Assembly: GCA_048938445.1 (NCBI GenBank)
Contig: JBHLME010000084.1
Location: forward strand, 1-19,521
Reading direction: 5' to 3'
Length of the DNA: 19,521 nt
DNA from: Promethearchaeota archaeon
GTDB taxonomy: Archaea; Asgardarchaeota; Lokiarchaeia; Sigyniarchaeales; SOKP01
How positions within the stretch are numbered: position 1 is the stretch's first letter; each line of letters begins with the position of its first letter. A program made the position numbers and the translations under genes. Below the pieces are notes generated by a model, which ran no database searches, was not told where the DNA came from, and was given only the letters and a program-made list of their open reading frames with translations. Positions 9,521 to 17,994 of the stretch are shown one piece after another.

Positions 9521-9979
9521 ATGGCTCGATTTCACTCTAGAAAAAAAGGGAAAAGCGGAAGCACAAGACCTCCTCGATTAGAAAAGCCCGCATGGGTAGA
9601 ACGTTCTGCCTCTGATGTAGAGGAGGAGGTTGTTAAATTAGCAAAGAAAGGTCAATCTAAATCAATGATTGGAACTAAATTGCGTGATTCATACGGAGTT
9701 CCTTTAGTAAAAGTTGTTACAGGAAAAAAGATCAGTAAAATTCTTGAAGAAAATGAAATTCAACAACCTATACCTGAAGATCTAACTAATTTAGTTAAAA
9801 AAGCATTGAATGTTAGAAAACATCTTGAAATTAATCATAAAGATCTTGAAGCAAAAAAAGGTTTACAACGTACTGAGTCTAAGATTTTTAGATTAATAAA
9901 ATATTATAAAAAGAAAAAAGTGTTAGCAATGGATTTTAAGTATGATCCAGATAAAATAAGAACACTTGTTGCACGTTAA
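9521..9979 (+). CDS. rps15: 30S ribosomal protein uS15 (archaeal S15/S13e)
   Basis: MARFHSRKKGKSGSTRP, 'IGTKLRDSYGVP', 'IPEDLTNLVKKA', 'RKHLEINHKD', 'ESKIFRLIKYYK'; 152 aa. Confidence 0.98.
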   Translation: MARFHSRKKGKSGSTRPPRLEKPAWVERSASDVEEEVVKLAKKGQSKSMIGTKLRDSYGVPLVKVVTGKKISKILEENEIQQPIPEDLTNLVKKALNVRKHLEINHKDLEAKKGLQRTESKIFRLIKYYKKKKVLAMDFKYDPDKIRTLVAR

Positions 9980-10012
9980 AGTTTATTAAATTAAATATGA
10001 GAAAAGTATACA

Positions 10013-10807
10013 ATGAGTCCAAAAGCTAGAAAAAAGAAAGATTCATTTAAAGAAAAAAATTGGTATCAAGTCATTGCTCCAAAAAATTTCAAGAATAAAA
10101 TAATTGGTGAAATAATAGGACTGGATAATAATGTTATCGGTCGCGTTATTGAAACATCATTATATGATTTTACGGAATCTTTTAAAGATATTAATTTAAA
10201 ATTGAAATTTAAAGTAGTTTCAATTAATGAAGAAGCCTCAACATGTCAAACTATTTTTTCAGGACATGCTTATTCTAATGATTTTATAAGAGCTCTAATT
10301 GGCCGGGGAACAAGTAAAGTTCAGACTATATTAAATCTTACCACTAAAGATCAATATGTCTTTAGAATAACTACGATATGCACGACTATAAAGAGAGCAA
10401 GGTCATCTCAACAGATATTAATCAGAAAAATAATGAGTGAAATATTAAAAAAATTTGCTAAATCCCTCAATCACGAAAAATTTGTAAAAGGTATGATATA
10501 CGGAGAATTTCAACATCAGGTCCAAAGAATTGCTAAAACTATCTATCCTTTATCAAGTTCAACTGTTGTAAAAAGTAAATTAATATCTGTCCCAGAAGGA
10601 GGAGAAGATAAAGAAGTCCCAGATGACCAATTTGATATCATTGATGTTGAAGTTAAGAGGTCAAGAAAGTCAGAGATTCGTAGAACTGAAAGAATTAATG
10701 TGAAAAAGCTTGCTCAAAAGACAGTTAAAAAAGCGGATAATGTGAGTAAAAGCGAGGAACTTGAAGTAGAAGAAGAGGAAGATACATCTGATGAAGATTT
10801 AATGTAA
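10013..10807 (+). CDS. rps3ae: 30S ribosomal protein eS1 (S3Ae) with charged C-terminal extension
   Basis: 'KDSFKEKNWYQVIAP', 'GRVIETSLYD', 'KLKFKV', 'F.GH...DFIRALI.RGTSKV', 'KTIYPL'; directly downstream of rps15. Confidence 0.96.
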   Translation: MSPKARKKKDSFKEKNWYQVIAPKNFKNKIIGEIIGLDNNVIGRVIETSLYDFTESFKDINLKLKFKVVSINEEASTCQTIFSGHAYSNDFIRALIGRGTSKVQTILNLTTKDQYVFRITTICTTIKRARSSQQILIRKIMSEILKKFAKSLNHEKFVKGMIYGEFQHQVQRIAKTIYPLSSSTVVKSKLISVPEGGEDKEVPDDQFDIIDVEVKRSRKSEIRRTERINVKKLAQKTVKKADNVSKSEELEVEEEEDTSDEDLM

Positions 10808-10835
10808 TGTACTCCGATTTTGAACTTAAAATAAT

Positions 10836-12122
10836 TTATTTAGATTTTTTTATGATTCCTCTATTAGGATCTTGATAATATATAGTATTTGGGGGAATAT
10901 TTTCATTCACTAAAGTATTTGGTCCAATCCACGAATTTTCTCCTATAATTTTGCCACACATTATACTAATATTTATTCCCGTTTTTACATTAGGTCCAAC
11001 TATAGAACCAAATTTGCGACGTTTGGAATTGATTAGGATTCCATTGATCATTACTTTTATATCATCATCATCAAGTCTTAAATTAGAAATTTTAGAGCCT
11101 GCAGCAAGATTAACATTTTCACAAATAATTGAATCGCCCACATAATTAAAATGAGGTATGGCTGTATTTGAAAATATTATGGAATTTTTAATTTCAGACA
11201 TCCCAACATGGCAATTTTCATCAATAAAAGTATAAGGTCGAATATATGCATTAGGACCTATTGAATTATTATTACCAATAAAACAAGGCCCCTGAATAGA
11301 AGTCCCTGAACGAATTAATGTATTTTTACCAATATATACATTCCCTGAAATCTTAACATTATCTTCTACAACTCCTAAGATACTACTTTCAATATTATCT
11401 AAAAGGAAATGATTTGCATCAAGTAATTGCCATGGAAGCCCGATATCACTCCAAAATTGATTCTTTATAATATGCCCTATAATTTCTCCATTTAATTTAT
11501 TGATCAATATATCCATGGAATCTGTTAATTCAAATTCATTTCTACTAGATTTTTTCGTCATTTTTATTGCTTTAAAAATTAAAGGATCAAATATATAGAT
11601 TCCTGCATTAGCTAAATTACCTAAATTTTGTTCTGGTGATGGCTTTTCTACAATTTCTTCTACAATTCCTTCAGAATTAAGAGATATTATTCCAAATTGG
11701 TGAGGATCTTCAACTTCTATTAGTGAAATAAGTCCTTTTGCCTTATTTTTGTTAAAATTACTTATTATTTCTCTGAAAATTTTTTGATCAACAATAATAT
11801 CACCATACATCAATAAAAATGGAGAGTTATCACTAATAAAATTCTTGGCATAACTCGTAGCGTGAGCAGTACCTAGGTTATCATCTTGCGTAATATATTC
11901 AATTTTAATCCCAAATTTATCTCCATTACCAAAATAATTTTTTATTTTATCTTGTTTATATCCCACAATTAATAATATCGTATCTATCCCGGCATTTTTT
12001 AAACCCATAATAGTATGTTCTAATAAAGGTTTACCACCAACGGGAATTAATGGTTTTGGACGGGTAGATGTAATTGGATTTAATCTTTTTCCTCTTCCAG
12101 CAGAAAGAATAATAGCCTTCAT
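10836..12122 (-). CDS. glmU: Archaeal bifunctional sugar-1-phosphate nucleotidylyltransferase/acetyltransferase (GlmU-type)
   Basis: N-terminal 'AIILSAGRGKRLNPIT..RPKPL', LGTAHA, YGD, VEKP, NAGIY and WSDIG. C-terminal hexapeptide left-handed beta-helix with IGPNAYIRP and HFNYVGDS. Confidence 0.88.
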   Translation of the reverse strand: MKAIILSAGRGKRLNPITSTRPKPLIPVGGKPLLEHTIMGLKNAGIDTILLIVGYKQDKIKNYFGNGDKFGIKIEYITQDDNLGTAHATSYAKNFISDNSPFLLMYGDIIVDQKIFREIISNFNKNKAKGLISLIEVEDPHQFGIISLNSEGIVEEIVEKPSPEQNLGNLANAGIYIFDPLIFKAIKMTKKSSRNEFELTDSMDILINKLNGEIIGHIIKNQFWSDIGLPWQLLDANHFLLDNIESSILGVVEDNVKISGNVYIGKNTLIRSGTSIQGPCFIGNNNSIGPNAYIRPYTFIDENCHVGMSEIKNSIIFSNTAIPHFNYVGDSIICENVNLAAGSKISNLRLDDDDIKVMINGILINSKRRKFGSIVGPNVKTGINISIMCGKIIGENSWIGPNTLVNENIPPNTIYYQDPNRGIIKKSK

Positions 12123-12136
12123 GGTAAAATCTCAAT

Positions 12137-13045
12137 TTATTTTTCATTATCAAAATCGTTATTTAAATCATCAAGAAATTTCTGGAGATACTTGTATGGT
12201 TTCAAATCTCCATTAAATCCCTCATGAAATATACCCTCCGATGATACTTGATGATGAAATTTCGTAAAAATTTCTTTAATACGAGAAAAATTTCCAGATG
12301 CAACGAAATCGACAGAAAAATCATGTATATTAGCATATAGTATAATTTTATCTAAACCATCATCATTAATATCTTGAATTTGAATTTCTTCAATATTAGA
12401 ATTTGTTCGAATAATAGTATTCATTGCGATAGTCGCTAATTTTGCTGAAATATCTGAGCAAAACAATTCCATGTTTTCTCTATTTGATTCCTTGCCAATT
12501 CTTTGCAATAAATCGTGATCGTATAATTTTGAAATGATAGGCAATCCTTGGTTGGATATTCCCGCATATATGATTTTACTATAATCACTTACGCCTATAT
12601 GTTTCTCATAATTATTATTACCATTAATAAGATTATCATATTTATCTATTAGATAAAGAATGATATAATCAATATGTTCAATGAATGCTGCGCGTTCAAA
12701 AGGAGTTTTTAATTGGGTTATTTCTTTATTAACAAAATAATTTTCAATACTTGTGGTAAATTCTTCCAATAGTTCAGAGGAGATACGGGATCCCGCATTA
12801 AAATCTCCAATTATACAGAAAAATATATTTTGATTATTTTGAGTATAAACATGTTTTATGAGCATTGATTCATCTCCAGGAACCTCTCTCTTAAAGATTA
12901 TATTATTTAAACGCCAAGTCTGATTTCGGTTCATGCTATCTATTAAAGTTTGAACAAATGTTATAATTTCGAAATGAGTATACTTATTGTCATTGGAACA
13001 ATAAAGAATTTCATTATCTAAAATGATAGCGAACCCAGATAACAT
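12137..13045 (-). CDS. Hypothetical protein, probable tandem longin-like domains
   Basis: Two halves of about 140 aa, each with an apparent bb-a-bbb-aa pattern. The second half has 'IIYAGISNQGLPIISK...ISAKLATI...IEEIQI...FNGDLKPYKYLQKFL', resembling Asgard longin domains. Fold call is by eye. Confidence 0.6.
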   Translation of the reverse strand: MLSGFAIILDNEILYCSNDNKYTHFEIITFVQTLIDSMNRNQTWRLNNIIFKREVPGDESMLIKHVYTQNNQNIFFCIIGDFNAGSRISSELLEEFTTSIENYFVNKEITQLKTPFERAAFIEHIDYIILYLIDKYDNLINGNNNYEKHIGVSDYSKIIYAGISNQGLPIISKLYDHDLLQRIGKESNRENMELFCSDISAKLATIAMNTIIRTNSNIEEIQIQDINDDGLDKIILYANIHDFSVDFVASGNFSRIKEIFTKFHHQVSSEGIFHEGFNGDLKPYKYLQKFLDDLNNDFDNEK

Positions 13046-13241
13046 GAGATTAACAAATAATTAAGAGAGACAATGAGCTTCAAATTTGCTCATATTATTG
13101 AATTAAAAAATAATTAAGAATATAAAATTTTTTTGTTTCTAAATTTTTTTCTATTTTTTAGTGTAACAAATAATAATAGTATTTATTATTCTATATAATC
13201 ATTAAGATTAAAGAATTTGATTAACTATTATACTTAGAAAA

Positions 13242-14048
13242 ATGAACACATTAAAATTCGAGGATAGGGAAAAAATTAAGCGCATTGCAAGACTTCTTCT
13301 CAACTCTAAACACGCAATTGCATTAACTGGTGCAGGTATCTCAACGGAATCAGGAATTCCAGATTTCAGAGGAGAAGGAGGCATCTGGGAGAAATATCAA
13401 GCAGATATTTATGGAAATATAAAAGAATTTATAAGAGATCCTTCAAAATTTTGGGAAATGGCTAAAAAAGTAGCTCCAATGTTATTTTCAGCTAAACCAA
13501 ACAAAGGTCATTTCGCATTAGCAGAACTAGAGAAATTAAAAATAATTAAAGCAATAGTTACTCAAAATTTTGATGAGCTTCATCAAAAAGCTGGATCTAT
13601 AATCGTTTATGAAGTCCATGGGAATATAAATCGCTTTAATTGCTTAGGATGTCGCGGTTCATATCCGAAAGAGGAAATATTAAGAAAATTGAAGAAAAAT
13701 AAAGAATACCCTCCTCTTTGTGATGTTTGTTCAGCACCCTTAAAACCTTCGGTAGTATTATTCGGAGAAGACTTACCTCTTTTTGAATTATATCAATCCC
13801 AAGCATTAGCACAAAAAACGGATGTTATGCTCATAGTAGGATCCTCTTTATGTGTTGCTCCTATATCATACTTACCAATATATACTTTAAGAGAAAAAGG
13901 TAAATTAATTATAATAAATGATAAACCTACTCACTTAGATGAGAGTGCTGAAATTATTATAAATAATAAGATCGGATTAGTCTTACCGCTTATCATAGAA
14001 GAAATTAAAAAAATGAAAAAGGATAAAACTTCTATACAAGAAAAGTAA
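13242..14048 (+). CDS. cobB: NAD-dependent protein deacylase, Sir2/CobB family
   Basis: TGAGISTESGIPDFRG, TQNFDELHQKAG, catalytic HGN, Zn ribbon CLGC...CDVC, LKPSVVLFGE, GSSL and IIIN. No YxxR desuccinylase motif seen. Confidence 0.96.
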   Translation: MNTLKFEDREKIKRIARLLLNSKHAIALTGAGISTESGIPDFRGEGGIWEKYQADIYGNIKEFIRDPSKFWEMAKKVAPMLFSAKPNKGHFALAELEKLKIIKAIVTQNFDELHQKAGSIIVYEVHGNINRFNCLGCRGSYPKEEILRKLKKNKEYPPLCDVCSAPLKPSVVLFGEDLPLFELYQSQALAQKTDVMLIVGSSLCVAPISYLPIYTLREKGKLIIINDKPTHLDESAEIIINNKIGLVLPLIIEEIKKMKKDKTSIQEK

Positions 14049-14071
14049 GGTTCATTTTTGGAGAGAATAGT

Positions 14072-15652
14072 TTGGAGCGAAACATTATTATAAAAGATTG
14101 GTCTAAAATTGATATCACTTTTGGTTTAATTTACCCTAATATTTATGAGATTGGTATGTCTTCCTATGCAATCAGATTGCTTTATCATTTATTAAATTCT
14201 AATAATAATATAGCTTGCGAGCGTTTATTTTTACCAAAATCTATAAATTATCCTGCTTCGAAGGACCAAACTAATAAAGATGATCTTAGAAGTATTGAAA
14301 ATAAGGTTTTACCAGAGGAATTTGATATTTTAGGTTTTTCGGTTCAATATGAAAATGATTTTAAAAATATTTTATGGATTTTAGAAAAAGCAGAAATCCC
14401 ATTATTACGTGATGAGAGAAAATTTATCAACATGAATGAAAAAAAAAATTATCCCATCATTATTGCAGGAGGTTCTGTCATTACATCAAATCCATTACCA
14501 TTGAATCTGTATTTTGACTTGTTATTTATTGGGGATTCCGAGTTAAGTCTGAGTGCTTTTTTATCTATTTTTCGAAGATATAAAAATAATGAAATCTCAT
14601 ATTCACAATTATTAGACACAATTGCTCATGTAGAAGGTATATATGTACCCTCTCTTAATAATAACCCAAAAAGAGTAGTCCTTCAAGATCTTGATAAATC
14701 TCAAATCCTAGCTAATCAAATTTTAAGTGTCAATTCAAATCAAAAGAAGATTTTTCAACAAAATTTTTTGCTAGAAATTAATAGAGGATGTCCGTATAAA
14801 TGTAAATTTTGCATTTCTTCTTATCATAACTCGCCTTTTCGAAATCGAAGTTATAAAAATATCGTAGAGACCATTGAATCTGGAATTTTCAAAACCAAGT
14901 TTGATACGATTTCATTAATTGGATCTTGCGTTTCAGCTCATCCTAAATTTATTGAAATCTGCGAATATATTATTAATAAAGGAATTAATTTAACAATCCC
15001 ATCTATACGAATTGAACATATTAATAAAAAAATAATTAAAATTCTTGAAAAAGCGAATATTAAAACCATTACAATTGCACCTGAAGCAGGATCTGAAAAA
15101 TTAAGATATGAAATGGGTAAATTAATATCAAACGAGTCGATATTCTCAGCTATTAAACAAATCAAAGGATCTACTATAAAAAACATAAAATTATATTTCC
15201 TAATTGGTTTACCGAATGAGAAAGATGAGGACATAAGGGAGCTCATTTTATTTATAAAAGCTATTAATAATATTGGATTTAATAAAAATTCTCTCAGAAT
15301 AAATATTAATCCATTTATTCCAAAATTCAATACTCCATTTGCAAAATCAATAGATTTTCTTTTAGACCAAAATTTTGGAAGTTTTAAGAAAAAATATCAA
15401 AAAATGGAGCAAGAATTAACAAACCTTCCATCAATCAAGTTAAAATTTAAAAATTATAAAAGTATCATAAAAAATGCTAAATTACAAGCACTTTTATCAT
15501 TAGGAGATCAAGAAATATCAACATTTCTTAAATCTTATTACTCTAATGGAGCACATTTTGGGGCTTTAAGAAGAGCTCAAAATGAATTGAAATTTGATAT
15601 AAATGAGTATTTCATGAAAATTAAATCAGGGTATCATCCTTGGAATTTCTAA
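14072..15652 (+). CDS. Radical SAM protein (TIGR03960/COG1032-like, function unknown)
   Basis: CxxxCxxC in 'EINRGCPYKCKFC'. N-terminal 'YPNIYEIGMS...CERLF...FDILGFSVQYE', 'GG...NPLP', 'PSIR', 'TIAPEAGSEKLR', 'KLYFLIGLPNE' and 'PFIPKFNTPF'. TTG start after GGAGAG. Confidence 0.9.
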   Translation: MERNIIIKDWSKIDITFGLIYPNIYEIGMSSYAIRLLYHLLNSNNNIACERLFLPKSINYPASKDQTNKDDLRSIENKVLPEEFDILGFSVQYENDFKNILWILEKAEIPLLRDERKFINMNEKKNYPIIIAGGSVITSNPLPLNLYFDLLFIGDSELSLSAFLSIFRRYKNNEISYSQLLDTIAHVEGIYVPSLNNNPKRVVLQDLDKSQILANQILSVNSNQKKIFQQNFLLEINRGCPYKCKFCISSYHNSPFRNRSYKNIVETIESGIFKTKFDTISLIGSCVSAHPKFIEICEYIINKGINLTIPSIRIEHINKKIIKILEKANIKTITIAPEAGSEKLRYEMGKLISNESIFSAIKQIKGSTIKNIKLYFLIGLPNEKDEDIRELILFIKAINNIGFNKNSLRININPFIPKFNTPFAKSIDFLLDQNFGSFKKKYQKMEQELTNLPSIKLKFKNYKSIIKNAKLQALLSLGDQEISTFLKSYYSNGAHFGALRRAQNELKFDINEYFMKIKSGYHPWNF

Positions 15653-15657
15653 AGGAT

Positions 15658-16470
15658 TTAAACGTGAGATTCTTTATATAAGGTCGATTTAATTAGTTTT
15701 ACAGCTTTATTTAAATAATATTCTGCAAAACCAAAGCTAATTTTTTTATCAAATAGAAGTATTATGTAATATAAGTCATCTACATACTCAGATAAAATGA
15801 TATCACCATTTTTAGAATTATAATACATTTTAATAATCGTATTATTATATATTTTAATGCGAAAGTCCACTTCGTTTAATAGGTTTCTTAAATCGTTACC
15901 TTTAAGTGATGAATATATTACTCGTCCCTTATTAGTTAAAAAGATTATTCCTTTAATTTCATTATATTGGGAAATCGTTTTAATCTCTTCAATTATCATT
16001 TTTTCCTTTTTAATATCATATTCTGTACTAAGAATCTTTTCAATAATTTCATCAATTTTTCTGTCAAAATTAGGATTTCTAATATGCTCTAAGTTTTTAT
16101 CTAAATTTTGCTTGTTAAATTGTGTTATATATTCTTGATGAATTTTTTCAATAATATCTTCTATAATATATAAATTCTCACTTACATTGCATAATATTCC
16201 ATAATAATATTCATCTTTATTTATTATAGTAAACTTAATCCCACCCATTTCAACTGTTTTAACTTTTTCACCTACAACCTCTTGAGTAAAAGATCTTATC
16301 GCCGAAAAAAAAGCAGATATTAAATTATCTTCCATCTTGTAAGCATTTGTGAAATTTTTTCCGAATAAACAAATACCTGATTTTTTAAAAATGAACAAAT
16401 TATGAATTCCCATATCTATGGGAAACCTTTTCATTTTTGATGTGTTATTTGAGTGATCTCTTAAATCCAT
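15658..16470 (-). CDS. Longin domain + roadblock/LAMTOR-like domain fusion protein (true start possibly ATG at 16413)
   Basis: N-half 'MGIHNLFIFKKSGICLF...LISAFFSAIRSFTQEV..KVKTVEM...IIEKIHQEYITQF....FDRKIDEII' fits the longin pattern. C-half 'IIEEIKTISQYNEIKGIIFLTNKGRVIYSSL...YYIILLFDKKISFGFAEYYLNKAVKLI' fits the roadblock a-bb-a-bbb-a pattern. Confidence 0.75.
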   Translation of the reverse strand: MDLRDHSNNTSKMKRFPIDMGIHNLFIFKKSGICLFGKNFTNAYKMEDNLISAFFSAIRSFTQEVVGEKVKTVEMGGIKFTIINKDEYYYGILCNVSENLYIIEDIIEKIHQEYITQFNKQNLDKNLEHIRNPNFDRKIDEIIEKILSTEYDIKKEKMIIEEIKTISQYNEIKGIIFLTNKGRVIYSSLKGNDLRNLLNEVDFRIKIYNNTIIKMYYNSKNGDIILSEYVDDLYYIILLFDKKISFGFAEYYLNKAVKLIKSTLYKESHV

Positions 16471-16621
16471 ATTAGATTTTTAAAATCTAAATTTAAAAAT
16501 TTCAACTTTTTATAAGATTTAAAAATTTAAGAGTAAATAAAAAAAGAAAATAAATGAAATTAAAATGTATTTAATAATATATTTCTTTTAATCAAACTTC
16601 AAATATGTTGTTGATATTATC

Positions 16622-17734
16622 ATGCTTAAAGTTGGAATAATTGGAACGGGTAGAATCTTTGATTTGAATGTTCTTGGATATTTAAACAATGAAGATGTTG
16701 AAATTACATGTTTATGTAATAGAAACATCGAAAAAGCTAAAATAAAAAGCAAAGAATTCTCACTAAAGAAAGATATTCACATTTATTCGGACTATAAAAA
16801 AATGTTTTTAAATGAGAATTTAGATATTGTTGAAATTCTATTACCTCATCACTTACATGCTGAAGCAGTTATTGAAGCCGCTCAAAATGGCATTAAAGGG
16901 ATATCTGTACAAAAACCAATGGCACTTTCCCTGGAAGATGCTGATAAAATGATTCAATCGTGTGATGATTCTGATTCCATACTATCTATTTATGAAAATT
17001 TTATTTTTTCTCCTCATATAATAAGAGCAAAAAAACTTATTAAACAAAAAAAAATAGGAGATATCTTAACAATGAGAATTAAAGTAATAATGGGTTCAAA
17101 AGGAGGGTGGCGTATTCCCGAAAGTGCTAAGAAGTGGAGAAATAATCCAATGCATTTAGGAGGAGCCCCAAAAAAAGGATCTCCCGTGTTATTAGATAAT
17201 GGATGGCACGCCTTCTCATTGGGATATTGGTTTCTTGATAAAAAAATAGAAAAAGTACATGCAATCACCGATGATTATAACAATATTGATACACCAGCAT
17301 ATGTTATATGGAAATATAAAGAGGATAATAATGAACACAGTATAATCTCTCAATATGGAAAATTAGAATCATGCTTTATGCCTGAAATGGAGATTCCATC
17401 AAAATATTATTCTACTGATGAATTTATAGAGTTCAATGGAACAGAAGGTATGATGTGGATTAATCAATGTACTTCTATGGGCAATAAAATGACAAATTCT
17501 GGAATTTTCCCAGCAATTGTGATTTATAAGGAAGGTAATATTCAGTCTTTTAGTAATTTTAATAAAGATTGGAAATATAGTTTCATAAATGCAACAAAAT
17601 ATTTTATTAATATCATTAAAAATGGAGGGGAACCAATATTGTCAGGAAAAATGGGAAGATATATCTTAAAATTTAACTTGGCAGCTATAAAGTCTGCTTT
17701 AACTAATAAAGAAGTATTTCTTGATGAAAATTAA
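16622..17734 (+). CDS. Gfo/Idh/MocA family NAD(P)-dependent oxidoreductase
   Basis: Rossmann motif 'LKVGIIGTGRI', 'LDIVEILLPHHLH', QKPMA (variant of EKP) and 'LLDNGWH' (DxxxH). Confidence 0.92.
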   Translation: MLKVGIIGTGRIFDLNVLGYLNNEDVEITCLCNRNIEKAKIKSKEFSLKKDIHIYSDYKKMFLNENLDIVEILLPHHLHAEAVIEAAQNGIKGISVQKPMALSLEDADKMIQSCDDSDSILSIYENFIFSPHIIRAKKLIKQKKIGDILTMRIKVIMGSKGGWRIPESAKKWRNNPMHLGGAPKKGSPVLLDNGWHAFSLGYWFLDKKIEKVHAITDDYNNIDTPAYVIWKYKEDNNEHSIISQYGKLESCFMPEMEIPSKYYSTDEFIEFNGTEGMMWINQCTSMGNKMTNSGIFPAIVIYKEGNIQSFSNFNKDWKYSFINATKYFINIIKNGGEPILSGKMGRYILKFNLAAIKSALTNKEVFLDEN

Positions 17735-17898
17735 AGTCAATTAATTCGATTGTTGGTTCTTTCTAAGAATTTTTCTGAAGAAAATCTCAAATTTTAACCA
17801 AAAATAGATTTTTTAACAAATTTTTAAAAATAGGGAGTTGATTTTTTTCATACCTAGAGCCGATTTTATTAACAATTTGTGTATTGATTTCCCTAATC

Positions 17899-17908
17899 TT
17901 TAAATATA
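17899..17908 (+). promoter_or_regulatory. Putative TATA box for histone gene
   Basis: TTTAAATATA about 90 nt upstream of the ATG at 17995, implying a leader of about 60-65 nt. AT-rich background limits certainty. Confidence 0.45.
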
Positions 17909-17980
17909 ACCTTCTTCTATTAAAATTCAATAATAAAAAAATTATTATCATAATTTAGTATATTATTCAAAATTAAATAT

Positions 17981-17986
17981 AGGAGG
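17981..17986 (+). promoter_or_regulatory. Strong Shine-Dalgarno AGGAGG
   Basis: AGGAGG lies 8 nt upstream of the histone ATG at 17995. Confidence 0.8.
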
Positions 17987-17994
17987 AATGAAAA

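Noticed and set aside
16910-16924. QKP instead of EKP in the Gfo/Idh/MocA enzyme as a sign of inactivation
   Set aside because: QKP is a variant I recall in this family, and the Lys and the DxxxH motif are intact.
10951-17268. ORFs 10951..11145(+), 14938..15330(-), 15857..16138(+), 17014..17268(-)
   Set aside because: Antisense shadows of glmU, the radical SAM gene, the longin-roadblock gene and the oxidoreductase.
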